Positions 1 to 8,433 are shown, counted from the stretch's first letter. The stretch: 43,301 nucleotides of DNA from an uncultured Candidatus Saccharibacteria bacterium (GCA_964601125.1 CAZRKB010000001.1:6371-49671); one strand, 5' to 3'. The notes: generated from the sequence alone by a model not told the origin. A program made the numbers and translations.

Positions 1-20
1 CTGTTGATTACTTATGTGTT

Positions 21-686
21 TTATTTAGTAAATTTGAATGTGGAGAGGATTTGGTCGTAATACCCATTAAAATTTTTATCGTTTGGATATGTGATTTTGT
101 AAATTTTATTATTGTTTACAACAAAGACAGCGTTAGCTGAACCCCCAGGGTAAATAAAGAGTGATCGTATTGCCGGTTGTCCATCGATGCTTATATTAAT
201 AACATTTTGAGGAGTTGGGTCGGTGTCAACAGCGACTCGATCAAACCAGGTACGCAAATCGCTATTGATTAAAACTTCATCAAACTCAGACATACAAAAA
301 TAAGTGCTTAGAGTATCAGTTCTTAGACATTTTATAACGTTATCGTTATCTTTTGCTGGAGCATGTTCCTCTTCTTTCAAGAAACTTGGGTATTTGAATT
401 CAAACCCATATTCCTCATTTCGGTAGGTTTTCCAATCGGTCATATCGACAGTCGAAGTGGCGATTTCGGTAGCGACAGCTCTACGAGCTGATCGAGGAGT
501 AGCAGCGTATTCTGGTTCAAAATCGCTAGGCAAGTTGTAGAAAAACCAAATGGCATAAGCGCCCGATATGAGCATTATAGCAACAAGTGTGATCAAAAAA
601 TCATTGCTTTTTTTGCCGGCGCGCTTTTCAACTGGAGAAAACGAGCCAGTCGGATTTTCAAATTGAGTTTTAAATTCTGGAGGCAT
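21..686 (-). CDS. hypothetical membrane-anchored protein (one N-terminal TM helix, extracytoplasmic domain)
   Basis: 221-aa ORF 23 nt downstream of pilM on the same strand; hydrophobic span LITLVAIMLISGAYAIWFFY after a charged N-terminus; no catalytic motif recognised. Confidence 0.55.
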   Translation of the reverse strand: MPPEFKTQFENPTGSFSPVEKRAGKKSNDFLITLVAIMLISGAYAIWFFYNLPSDFEPEYAATPRSARRAVATEIATSTVDMTDWKTYRNEEYGFEFKYPSFLKEEEHAPAKDNDNVIKCLRTDTLSTYFCMSEFDEVLINSDLRTWFDRVAVDTDPTPQNVINISIDGQPAIRSLFIYPGGSANAVFVVNNNKIYKITYPNDKNFNGYYDQILSTFKFTK

Positions 687-709
687 TTTAATAAATTAAA
701 TAATAAAAA

Positions 710-1819
710 CTATATCTCCTGCAAACACCTCAAAGCTGCGCCGACTGCTACAGTAAACTCTGGCCCCGTAACTTTTAAAATATTTTCAAGAAAGGCCGGA
801 GTTTCAACCTTACCAAACGGGTCACCTGAGATCACTTCAACTTGGAAATTTTTGGCCGCCAAATCCCTAAAACCACGCAAGGCCGAACCGCCGCCGGTAA
901 GATACACCGACTTTATGTTGCCATTTCTCTTTTTTTGAAATTCAAGCAAAAATCGGTTGGCTTCAAAAAAGATGTCGTCAGCGACCAGCGTCACCGCCTG
1001 CGAAAGATCTGTACCATTTTCAGCCACACCCATACCAATTGTTCTTTTTACCACTTCAGCCTCTTCTATTGGCACATTTAAAATGCGGGAAATATTTGAG
1101 GTTATATCTTGGGAACCGCGGTTTATGGTGTGCGAACTCTGCACAATACCTCTATCAATAATATAAAGCTTGGTAGTCGAGGCCCCCATATCAAAAATCA
1201 TACTGGGACCACTAACCCCTTCGAGGATAGCTCTTATGGTGCTAAATATTTCTATTTCAAAAAATTTTGCATCTAACCCAGTGTTAGTAACAATCTCTTT
1301 GTATTGATTGATCATGTTGTTGTGTATCGCAACAAGAAGAATATCCAAATTTTTAATTTTCTTTTTACCTTTTTCTTCCGGCTCTATTTCTTCCTCACCT
1401 TCCAATTTAGGTATGATCGACCAATCTATGGTCACCTCAGAAATGGAGACAGGTATATACTTCCTTGCTTCTATGGATATCATCGAGGCAAGTTCCTTCT
1501 CTGGGATGTCAGGCATCTTTATTATTGAAAGCAGACTCGCCTTGAAAGGAACAGCCAAACCGCAAACCTTAGTAGTCAGAGCAACCTCTTTTTCTGCCAA
1601 AAGATCATTAACCGCCTCAATAATTTTTTTTGTTTCTAAGTTGGTGGCCTGACCGATAGCCGCTCCTCCATAAGGCCCGAGAGAGAGCTCGCCATAAGTA
1701 TCGAGCACGGCCTTGCCGCCTTTTTTTTGAAGTTGTACAACCTTTATGGAAGAAGACCCGATATCAATTCCCAAAGCACTTGTTTGTTTCTTTTTGAATA
1801 AATCCTCAAAAAAACTCAT
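710..1819 (-). CDS. pilM: type IV pilus assembly ATPase-like protein PilM
   Basis: ORF 710..1840 trimmed to the first ATG (MSFFEDLF); the 1840 start is a TTG. Actin-like N-terminus GIDIGSSSIKVVQL typical of PilM. Confidence 0.8.
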   Translation of the reverse strand: MSFFEDLFKKKQTSALGIDIGSSSIKVVQLQKKGGKAVLDTYGELSLGPYGGAAIGQATNLETKKIIEAVNDLLAEKEVALTTKVCGLAVPFKASLLSIIKMPDIPEKELASMISIEARKYIPVSISEVTIDWSIIPKLEGEEEIEPEEKGKKKIKNLDILLVAIHNNMINQYKEIVTNTGLDAKFFEIEIFSTIRAILEGVSGPSMIFDMGASTTKLYIIDRGIVQSSHTINRGSQDITSNISRILNVPIEEAEVVKRTIGMGVAENGTDLSQAVTLVADDIFFEANRFLLEFQKKRNGNIKSVYLTGGGSALRGFRDLAAKNFQVEVISGDPFGKVETPAFLENILKVTGPEFTVAVGAALRCLQEI

Positions 1820-1828
1820 AATATTAAG

Positions 1829-1837
1829 ATTATAACA
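1829..1837 (-). promoter_or_regulatory. pilM extended -10 (TGTTATAAT), 9 nt from the ATG
   Basis: Read on the minus strand. Confidence 0.45.
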
Positions 1838-1851
1838 CAATGACCCTTCAA

Positions 1852-1878
1852 TTGACTTGGTCTTATGGTGAATAAAAT
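1852..1878 (+). promoter_or_regulatory. comF promoter TTGACT-15-TAAAAT, 6 nt from the ATG
   Basis: Read directly; the 15-nt spacer is suboptimal. Confidence 0.45.
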
Positions 1879-1884
1879 TGGACT

Positions 1885-2550
1885 ATGAAAATTACTAAAA
1901 TACTTAGAAATATTTGGGTACTGCTCATAGAGGCAGTTAAAAATATATTAGTTCCAGAGGGGCGCGATATCGAGAGACTTATGAAAATAGACCAGAGTGC
2001 CATGAGAGCCATGTTGCCTGAGTCCCCCGTTCACAGTAAAGATATTTATGTGCTTTTTGACTACAGAAACAAAGTAGTCAGACTTTTGGTGAAATCAATA
2101 AAATACAAAAATAATCAAAATCTAAGAAGAAGAATCGCTCAATACTTTTATGAGGCAATGGCTGACATTTTTTCAGAGATTGCTCTTTTTGAAGGAGCAG
2201 GACCCTTACTCGTGCCGATGCCAATGAGCAAAAAAGAAAAGGCCAAAAAAGGATTTAATCAATGCGAAGAATTGGTAAAAGAAATCAGAAACATTTCCGG
2301 AAAAAACTTTGACATTCGTTTCAATGCATTAAAAAAAATAAGAGAGACTGAGCGTCAAACAAAACTAAGCAGAGAACAGAGATTAAAAAATGTGGCAAAT
2401 AGCATGCAGGCTGATCAGTCCCAAATCAAAGGGAGAGTGGTCGCAGTCTTAGACGATGTTTACACCACAGGCAGCACAATGCTCGAATCTCGCCGCGCCC
2501 TCTACGGAGCCGGCGCTAAACAAGTAATCAACTTCTTTATAGCTAGATAG
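1885..2550 (+). CDS. comF: ComF-family phosphoribosyltransferase-domain protein
   Basis: 221 aa; C-terminal PRTase motif VAVLDDVYTTGSTM; size and layout of ComFC-like competence proteins. Confidence 0.75.
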   Translation: MKITKILRNIWVLLIEAVKNILVPEGRDIERLMKIDQSAMRAMLPESPVHSKDIYVLFDYRNKVVRLLVKSIKYKNNQNLRRRIAQYFYEAMADIFSEIALFEGAGPLLVPMPMSKKEKAKKGFNQCEELVKEIRNISGKNFDIRFNALKKIRETERQTKLSREQRLKNVANSMQADQSQIKGRVVAVLDDVYTTGSTMLESRRALYGAGAKQVINFFIAR

Positions 2551-2551
2551 G

Positions 2552-3088
2552 TTAAGCCTTTTTGAACGGAAAATGCAAAGCTTTCAAAAATTCTTTTGTA
2601 GCTTCAGGAGTTTTTAGGTTAGTAACGAGTGTAACAGCAAAACCAAACACGTCTTTCAAATCTTCATCGCCGGTTTCAGGAAATACAGTGTGTTCTTTTA
2701 TCGAAAGAGTGTAATTGCCCATTTTGTCTACCGCTGAAATAGAGATACCTCTAAAGTCTTTGGTTCGAGGCAGAGCAATATTTATAAGCCTGTCCAAAAA
2801 GCTCCACATTCTCTCCCCTCTCAGAGTAACCTGCACACCAACTATGTCACCCTCTCTTGATTTAAACGTAGCTATTGATTTCTTTGCACCTCTCCTGATC
2901 GGTTTTTGGCCAGTGATTTTAGCAAGTCGGTCCTCAACTATATCGATTTTCTTTTTGTCAGAAAAAGAGCCCACACCAGAACTCACCACAACCTTTAAAA
3001 TTTTTGGTGCTTGCATGACATTTTTCAACCCAAGCTTATCTTTGAGTTCTTTAAATGCGTCTTTTGTTTTTTCTTTTAAAGTTTTCAT
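2552..3088 (-). CDS. rplE: 50S ribosomal protein L5
   Basis: 178 aa; follows rplX in canonical spc order; L5-like N-terminus (KLGLKNVMQAPKILKVVVSSGVG). Confidence 0.93.
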   Translation of the reverse strand: MKTLKEKTKDAFKELKDKLGLKNVMQAPKILKVVVSSGVGSFSDKKKIDIVEDRLAKITGQKPIRRGAKKSIATFKSREGDIVGVQVTLRGERMWSFLDRLINIALPRTKDFRGISISAVDKMGNYTLSIKEHTVFPETGDEDLKDVFGFAVTLVTNLKTPEATKEFLKALHFPFKKA

Positions 3089-3095
3089 GTTTTAA

Positions 3096-3122
3096 GTTCG
3101 TAGTAATTCGTTAATATATTCG
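3096..3122 (-). repeat. family 2 AT-rich ACGAA-box element, copy 1 (interrupted by a GC hairpin)
   Basis: Minus strand CGAATATATTAACGAATTACTACGAAC just upstream of rplE; its first boxes lie beyond the hairpin, overlapping the rplX stop (AATACGAAGTAAC). Confidence 0.7.
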
Positions 3123-3156
3123 CCCGCCCGTACCGAATCGGTACGATTCGGGCGGG
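3123..3156 (-). repeat. GC-rich compound hairpin inserted between rplX and rplE
   Basis: Outer 8-bp stem CCCGCCCG/CGGGCGGG enclosing the palindrome GTACCGAATCGGTAC; abuts the rplX stop codon; splits family 2 copy 1. Confidence 0.75.
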
Positions 3157-3387
3157 TTACTTCGTATTTTTCTTAACATTCGAAACGTGTATAGGTGTAG
3201 CCTGCTCTATCACCTTACCTTTCTCGCCTTGCTTTCTAGGCTTTTTGTGAAGCTTCTTTTTATTTACACCATCAACCAACACCAGAGAAAGTTTGGGAAA
3301 TGCCTTAACAACAGCACCACTCTTGCCTTTGTCTTTACCGGTTATCACCGTCACTTTATCTCCTTTTTTTATTTTCATCTTAATCAT
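3157..3387 (-). CDS. rplX: 50S ribosomal protein L24 (short form)
   Basis: KOW motif IKKGDKVTVITGKDKGKSG; lies between rplN and rplE; the start could instead be the ATG at 3378. Confidence 0.9.
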   Translation of the reverse strand: MIKMKIKKGDKVTVITGKDKGKSGAVVKAFPKLSLVLVDGVNKKKLHKKPRKQGEKGKVIEQATPIHVSNVKKNTK

Positions 3388-3425
3388 GTTCGTAGCTATT
3401 CGTTAATATATTCGTTAATTCGTAT
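3388..3425 (-). repeat. family 2 ACGAA-box element, copy 2
   Basis: Minus strand ATACGAATTAACGAATATATTAACGAATAGCTACGAAC fills the whole rplN-rplX spacer. Confidence 0.75.
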
Positions 3426-3803
3426 TTATATCACTTCCGGCGCCAAAGAAACTATAGCCTGGTGCCCCGCTTCAGCTATCTCCCTTGGGATAGGTCCGAA
3501 AATGCGCCCCGCCCTTGGAACAAGCTCACCTTTTTTACGATCAACTACGATAACCGCATTTTCATCAAACCTAATATAAGAACCATCCTTCCTCCTTAGA
3601 GGAGACTTCTGTCTTACCACCAAACCAAGAAGAACAGCTTTTTTCTTTATTTCTTTTCTGGGTTCCGCTTTTTGTACCGAAAAGTTTACAAGCTCTCCAA
3701 CCTCTGCATATCGCTTTTTTGAGCTTCCAAGCACCTTGAAAACTCGGCCAATCTTGGCTCCTGAATTGTCTGCTATTTTTACTATACTTCTTGGTTGGAT
3801 CAT
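3426..3803 (-). CDS. rplN: 50S ribosomal protein L14
   Basis: ORF trimmed to MIQPRSIVKIADNSGAK, the canonical L14 N-terminus; ends SLAPEVI. Confidence 0.95.
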   Translation of the reverse strand: MIQPRSIVKIADNSGAKIGRVFKVLGSSKKRYAEVGELVNFSVQKAEPRKEIKKKAVLLGLVVRQKSPLRRKDGSYIRFDENAVIVVDRKKGELVPRAGRIFGPIPREIAEAGHQAIVSLAPEVI

Positions 3804-3837
3804 GTTAATTAAAATCTTATATCTCAAAATTTAAATC

Positions 3838-4122
3838 TTAGGTTTGAGATTTTAGATTTGATTTTTGAATTATTATAAAGTGTTTGTCTTTTGAAATCGG
3901 TTTGCATTCTTTAATCTCGACAACTTCGCCCACCGCTTTGGTGTTGCCAGCATCATGAGCTTTATACTTCTTGCTAACCTTGTAATACTTTTTGTATTTG
4001 GGGTGCTTTACAAACCTGTTGACCAATACAGTAACGGTATCTTTCATTTTAGAAGAAACGACAACGCCCTTGAGCACCCTGCCCTTAACTTCAATATTCT
4101 GCTTTTCTTTGGTGTTTAACAT
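3838..4122 (-). CDS. rpsQ: 30S ribosomal protein S17
   Basis: 94 aa; GVVVSSKMKDTVTVLV and KYKAHD motifs; lies between rpmC and rplN. Confidence 0.93.
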   Translation of the reverse strand: MLNTKEKQNIEVKGRVLKGVVVSSKMKDTVTVLVNRFVKHPKYKKYYKVSKKYKAHDAGNTKAVGEVVEIKECKPISKDKHFIIIQKSNLKSQT

Positions 4123-4133
4123 CTTTGTTTTAA

Positions 4134-4322
4134 TTATGCTTCACGTTTTTGAGTAAGAGTGGTTTTGATTCTGGCAATCTCGCGTTTTATTCCTTTGCGC
4201 TCTTTCACATTCCTACTCTTGCTATGAGCAGTGCCGAAACGTAAATCTCTGAGAGCTACCAACTTTTGATCAAGCTCTTTTTCCAAATCTTTCTTATCTT
4301 TTTTTGCTAATTCGTTTGCCAT
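4134..4322 (-). CDS. rpmC: 50S ribosomal protein L29
   Basis: 62-aa basic helical protein in the canonical position between rplP and rpsQ. Confidence 0.9.
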   Translation of the reverse strand: MANELAKKDKKDLEKELDQKLVALRDLRFGTAHSKSRNVKERKGIKREIARIKTTLTQKREA

Positions 4323-4327
4323 ATCTT

Positions 4328-4747
4328 TTATACTCTCTCAATTACTTTTGTTTTTACAGGCATTTTGGTGCCTCCTTTTCTCAAAGATTCGCTCGCGATG
4401 CCGGGCGCCGCACCATCAACTTCAAACAACACTTGCCCAGCAAGAACTCTTGCACAGTACCCCTCGATATCTCCTTTGCCTTTGCCCATTTTTACTTCCG
4501 CAGGCTTTTTAGTAAAAGGCATGTCTGGGAAAATCCTTATCCAAACCTTTCCAGTCTTGCCGATCGCCTTGGTTATAGCCTTTCTGGCTGATTCTATCTG
4601 ATTAGAAGTTATCCTTCCTGGAGTTGTCGCCTTGAGACCATGCGAACCAAAAGAAACAGAGACACCTCTGGTTGCCGGCCCCACCTTTTTTGGATTCTTG
4701 CGCATAGTGTGCCATTTTCTGTATTTAACTTTCTTTGGGAATAACAT
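4328..4747 (-). CDS. rplP: 50S ribosomal protein L16
   Basis: MLFPKKVKYRKWH N-terminus and VWIRIFPD motif. Confidence 0.96.
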   Translation of the reverse strand: MLFPKKVKYRKWHTMRKNPKKVGPATRGVSVSFGSHGLKATTPGRITSNQIESARKAITKAIGKTGKVWIRIFPDMPFTKKPAEVKMGKGKGDIEGYCARVLAGQVLFEVDGAAPGIASESLRKGGTKMPVKTKVIERV

Positions 4748-4782
4748 GGTAATTAAAAGATTTAAAATTGAAAGATTAAAGA

Positions 4783-5442
4783 TTATTTTTTAGCAAAAAT
4801 CTCTCCTTTGTAAATCCACACTTTGATACCGATTTTACCAAGAGGCAATATTGCTTCATAAAAGGCATAGTCAATGTCTGCGCGCAAAGTCTGGAGAGGT
4901 ATTCGACCAACTTTCTTAGTTTCAACTCTAGCCATGTTTGAACCGCCCATGATACCAGAAAGAGTGATCTTGACCCCTTGCACATCTCGGTTTGCAAAAG
5001 CTTTTTCAATCATTTGCTTTACCACCCTCCTAAAAGGCATTCTTTTTTCCAAACCCTCAGCTACCATTTGAGCCACTATCATGGCGCTAGACTCTGGGGA
5101 TTTTACTTCTTTTATGTCTATTTTGAGCTCCTCTTTGGTGCTTATGCCATTCTTATTCATAAAACGCAAAACATCGTTTCTCAATTTGGTCATACCCTCT
5201 CCGCTCCTACCTATAATGAAGCCAGGTCGAGAACTTTCTATGATTATCCTGAATGTTTTTACGTTTCTCTCTATTTCAATCAAATTTACAAAACAACCCT
5301 TGAGTCGCTTCTTTAGATACTCGTACATGAGCACATCCCCTTTCAAATTCTCCTTGTACTTCTCTTTCACACTAAACCAACGCGACTTCCAGTCTCGGAT
5401 TATACCTAACCTATGAGCGTATGGGTGTACTGTGTGGGTCAT
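4783..5442 (-). CDS. rpsC: 30S ribosomal protein S3
   Basis: 219 aa; HPYAHRLGIIRDWKSRWF N-terminus plus KH-domain region. Confidence 0.96.
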   Translation of the reverse strand: MTHTVHPYAHRLGIIRDWKSRWFSVKEKYKENLKGDVLMYEYLKKRLKGCFVNLIEIERNVKTFRIIIESSRPGFIIGRSGEGMTKLRNDVLRFMNKNGISTKEELKIDIKEVKSPESSAMIVAQMVAEGLEKRMPFRRVVKQMIEKAFANRDVQGVKITLSGIMGGSNMARVETKKVGRIPLQTLRADIDYAFYEAILPLGKIGIKVWIYKGEIFAKK

Positions 5443-5481
5443 GATTTTAATTTAATAATTGAATATTGAATGATCGAAATA

Positions 5482-5862
5482 TTATGCTTTTTTTTCTTTT
5501 GGATTTTTTGATTTTTTAACCTGCGCTTTTTGACTTTCAGCTAAAACCAAAGTTACATGGCTAGTCCTCTTTCTTATCGGGTGAGCAGCGCCGTGAGCCA
5601 CAGGCATTCTCCTGTATAAAATATCTCCACCATCAACAGAAATCGATTTCACACGCAAACTTTCACTGTCCATACCTAAATCCTTGGCATTTGCGGCGGC
5701 GGAGTTCAAAAGCTTTTGAAGAGGAGCGGCTGATCTCTTTATCGTAAAGTCAAGAATATTTTTGGCTTCTGACAACTTTTTACCCCTTATAGCGTCAGCA
5801 ACAAGCCTAACTTTCCTAGGAGATTGTCTATAGTTATTAAGTTTTGCTGTTGCCTCTTTCAT
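5482..5862 (-). CDS. rplV: 50S ribosomal protein L22 (basic C-terminal tail)
   Basis: SPRKVRLVADAIRGK motif; lies between rpsS and rpsC. Confidence 0.94.
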   Translation of the reverse strand: MKEATAKLNNYRQSPRKVRLVADAIRGKKLSEAKNILDFTIKRSAAPLQKLLNSAAANAKDLGMDSESLRVKSISVDGGDILYRRMPVAHGAAHPIRKRTSHVTLVLAESQKAQVKKSKNPKEKKA

Positions 5863-5875
5863 ATTTTTTCTAATT

Positions 5876-5912
5876 TTCGTATCAATTCTTTAATTTATTC
5901 GTTATTTCGTAT
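5876..5912 (-). repeat. family 2 ACGAA-box element, copy 3
   Basis: Minus strand ATACGAAATAACGAATAAATTAAAGAATTGATACGAA directly after the rpsS stop; same 8/12/11-nt box spacing as copy 2. Confidence 0.75.
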
Positions 5913-6257
5913 TTATTTTTTAGAAGTTTCGGCTGTAGACTTGGCCGCCTTAGCAGCTGCTATTTCAGCCTCTTTTTTCTTAGCCTCAAGCTCCTTCTGC
6001 ATTTTACCTCCGTGTTTTATAAATTTCTTGGTTGGAGAAAATTCGCCAAGCCTGTGACCCACCATATCTTCAGAAGCTAAAACTTCGATATGATCTCTGC
6101 CATTATGAACACCAAAAGTGAAACCGACCATCTCCGGAGAAATGACACAAGCCCTAGACCACGTCTTAATAACCCCAGTCTCATGAGGTTTTTTGCCGAG
6201 CACTTTTTTAAGCACTCTTTCGTCTACGTATGGTCCTTTTTTGAGCGATCTTGACAT
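5913..6257 (-). CDS. rpsS: 30S ribosomal protein S19 with ~20-aa Lys/Ala-rich C-terminal extension
   Basis: [12 protein letters not shown] and FTFGVHNGR motifs; 114 aa, versus about 92 for the canonical protein (from memory). Confidence 0.95.
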   Translation of the reverse strand: MSRSLKKGPYVDERVLKKVLGKKPHETGVIKTWSRACVISPEMVGFTFGVHNGRDHIEVLASEDMVGHRLGEFSPTKKFIKHGGKMQKELEAKKKEAEIAAAKAAKSTAETSKK

Positions 6258-6284
6258 AATAAAAGCCTATCCGGCTTCCTCGAG

Positions 6285-6313
6285 ATATTATATGAATTGC
6301 CTATTAAAGTCAA
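6285..6313 (-). promoter_or_regulatory. candidate promoter for the rpsS..rplE block (TTGACT-15-TATAAT or -17-TAATAT)
   Basis: Minus strand TTGACTTTAATAGGCAATTCATATAATAT, 28-35 nt upstream of the rpsS ATG. Confidence 0.45.
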
Positions 6314-6326
6314 ATGTTCTTTGAGC

Positions 6327-6743
6327 TTATTGCCAATTGCCCAAAATAAGGCCAAAAATAACAAAAAGGGCCAATTGATAACCAGCTTGTATTAGAAACC
6401 TTGCCCAAGAAATACGGGCTGAATCATTGTTCCACATAGCCGACCCGGCAATGGTCGGCATGATAAAGGCCGCCCACACCCAAAGAGCGTTCTCCACCCC
6501 ACTTGCATCAGCCCAACCTTTTATATAATAAGAGAGCACCCAAACTTGAAATAAAATCAAGACAAATTGAACCACATACAGCTTACCAGCACTTTTCTGC
6601 ATTTCTTTCCTCCTCTCCAAATCCATCTCTGTCGCACCTATCACCTCCATCCATTTTTTACCAAAAAGCGGTCCGTACCAAACATAGCCAAGCACCATAG
6701 CCAGCAGCCCACAAACCAAAATCGCCAAATAATTTATCTCCAT
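6327..6743 (-). CDS. DUF1761-like integral membrane protein
   Basis: 138 aa, 4 predicted TM helices; N-terminus YLAILVCGLLAMVLGYVWYGPLFGKKWM resembles DUF1761 as I recall it. Confidence 0.55.
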   Translation of the reverse strand: MEINYLAILVCGLLAMVLGYVWYGPLFGKKWMEVIGATEMDLERRKEMQKSAGKLYVVQFVLILFQVWVLSYYIKGWADASGVENALWVWAAFIMPTIAGSAMWNNDSARISWARFLIQAGYQLALFVIFGLILGNWQ

Positions 6744-6778
6744 TTTTTATTATTAAATTACTAATCCTCTTTTAAAGA

Positions 6779-7327
6779 TTACTTATAAAAATCGTCTTCT
6801 TCGTAATAATATGATTGCTCGACACCTTTCATATACACTTCCCTATCATCTATTTTGTCGGTTAAAGCGCCGCGTAAAAGTTCGCGGATCTCCAAATCAT
6901 TGACAGGGCTTCTTTGCATTGCATTCAAATAATCCATTTTGTCTATCTTCTGCCAATCGACGCATTTTTTGATATTTTTCTTCAACATTAAGTCGAGCCA
7001 AATGCGCATAGACCTGCCGTTGCCATCGCGAAATGGATGAGCCACATTCATTTCTACATACTTTTTGACAATTTCTTCAAAACTTCCTTCTGGCAACTTT
7101 TCAATCTCTTTCAAAATACTCTCTAAGTATAAATGTGAAGCGAAACGAAACCCGCCCTTGTTCATATCTATGGTGCGTATAGTCCCCGCAAATTCGTATA
7201 GGCCTTCAAAAAGATACCGATGAATCGCCTGCAAACCCTTTGTGGTGCCAACCTCAAAACCCTCAATCTCCGCACTTCCAAAAAGCTTCAGCGCCCTTTC
7301 TTTGCTTACTTCATCAATGTTTAACAT
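6779..7327 (-). CDS. fic: Fic-family protein (putative AMPylase), class III-like with C-terminal inhibitory motif
   Basis: Fic motif [12 protein letters not shown]; C-terminal SYYYEE resembles the [S/T]xxxE[G/N] inhibitory helix; 182 aa. Confidence 0.85.
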   Translation of the reverse strand: MLNIDEVSKERALKLFGSAEIEGFEVGTTKGLQAIHRYLFEGLYEFAGTIRTIDMNKGGFRFASHLYLESILKEIEKLPEGSFEEIVKKYVEMNVAHPFRDGNGRSMRIWLDLMLKKNIKKCVDWQKIDKMDYLNAMQRSPVNDLEIRELLRGALTDKIDDREVYMKGVEQSYYYEEDDFYK

Positions 7328-7333
7328 ATTTAA

Positions 7334-7342
7334 ATTATACCA
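7334..7342 (-). promoter_or_regulatory. fic extended -10 (TGGTATAAT), 6 nt from the ATG
   Basis: Read on the minus strand. Confidence 0.55.
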
Positions 7343-7422
7343 TAATTAACATGGTTTTTCTCCTTTCTAAACCCAAATTACCACCTGTAAATATTCTTTT
7401 CAAGAAAATACCGCAAATGAGT

Positions 7423-7458
7423 ATTGTAAACCTAATTGTAAACTAACCCGAGTTTACA
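7423..7458. promoter_or_regulatory. GTTTACA repeat cluster (two direct copies plus one inverted) upstream of fic
   Basis: ATTGTAAAC at 7423 and 7435 (12-nt period); inverted pair TGTAAACT (7437-7444) / AGTTTACA (7451-7458) spanning the stop of the upstream gene. Confidence 0.4.
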
Positions 7459-7972
7459 CCCTCCTACCATCATAGGCCCAATGGAGCAGAGCTTGGCGTT
7501 GGGTGGGGCGACAGGAGAGGTCGCCAGCGCGGCAATTTTTGGCAACTTGGGCCAAATGTCTCTTTATCGCCACCCATCTTTTGATTTGCCTTTCATCGTC
7601 CTCGCTCCTGCGGCCAAGGTAATAACGGCAATACCACTCAAACCATCCATGTGGGTCTTGTTTGTTTATCCACCCTTTTTTCTTCCAAACCGAAAGCGGC
7701 TGACTCGCACCGACTTTAAAAAAATTTAACTCGTCATGTTTTTCTCCATCTTTTGAAAGCTTTACTCCCTTAAACCAATCCCTAGGCAAATCTTTGGGAA
7801 TTAGACCTTTGACACCAATAAAATATGCTCCACCAAAAACACCGAACTTGAGCATTTGCTTTGGTGTGAGATCAGGTTTAAACCTTTTATCAAAATTTTT
7901 GCCAATTGGTTCAGTTAAAAAATATTTATAATTTTTCTGAAAATCATCGCTGTAAGTAACTTGTTTTTTCAT
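7454..7972 (-). CDS. conserved hypothetical protein (W/R-rich motif PHGWFEWYCRYYLGRR)
   Basis: ORF trimmed to MKKQVTY to avoid overlapping the upstream gene; no TM helix; family not recognised; 3' third visibly G+C richer. Confidence 0.5.
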   Translation of the reverse strand: MKKQVTYSDDFQKNYKYFLTEPIGKNFDKRFKPDLTPKQMLKFGVFGGAYFIGVKGLIPKDLPRDWFKGVKLSKDGEKHDELNFFKVGASQPLSVWKKKGWINKQDPHGWFEWYCRYYLGRRSEDDERQIKRWVAIKRHLAQVAKNCRAGDLSCRPTQRQALLHWAYDGRRV

Positions 7973-7980
7973 TTTAAATT

Positions 7981-8433
7981 TTATTTTCCAAGCAAATAAC
8001 AGACCAAAATTAAAAGCGCTGACCACCAACCCAAGAAAGAGACTATAAAACTAGCGACAATTTTTCTTTGCAAAGAAGATGGTAATAGCTCAGTTGCCCT
8101 ACCCTCTCTTTCTTGTTTTAACAAGAATGGGCTTACTACAAAACTTAAGAAGCAACCGTTGATAATTAAGACCAAAGCGATGATCAAATGCCAAAGAGGT
8201 GCACCCATCAAAGTTTCGTTGCGATAAAAAATAAAGCCCCCAATCAAAGCGAGGATGGTACCGACCCAAATAAGAGGTTTAGTGACTTTGTGAGTACGGA
8301 TAGTTGCCTCAGTCCAATACGCAGATTTGCGCCCCAAAAATCCATGAATATCGATCACCGTCACGGCTCCGAGACCAATCACAAACCCAGCCAAAAAAAG
8401 AAAGAGACCTAGTATGTCTACCAAATTAAACAT
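7981..8433 (-). CDS. hypothetical integral membrane protein (4 TM)
   Basis: 150-aa ORF with four long hydrophobic segments. Confidence 0.55.
   Translation of the reverse strand: MFNLVDILGLFLFLAGFVIGLGAVTVIDIHGFLGRKSAYWTEATIRTHKVTKPLIWVGTILALIGGFIFYRNETLMGAPLWHLIIALVLIINGCFLSFVVSPFLLKQEREGRATELLPSSLQRKIVASFIVSFLGWWSALLILVCYLLGK

Noticed and set aside
6262-6285. Small hairpin AAGCC-GGATA-GGCTT before the rpsS ATG as a terminator
   Set aside because: It has only 5 bp and a weak T-tract, and it lies downstream of the candidate promoter, so evidence for a functional call is insufficient.
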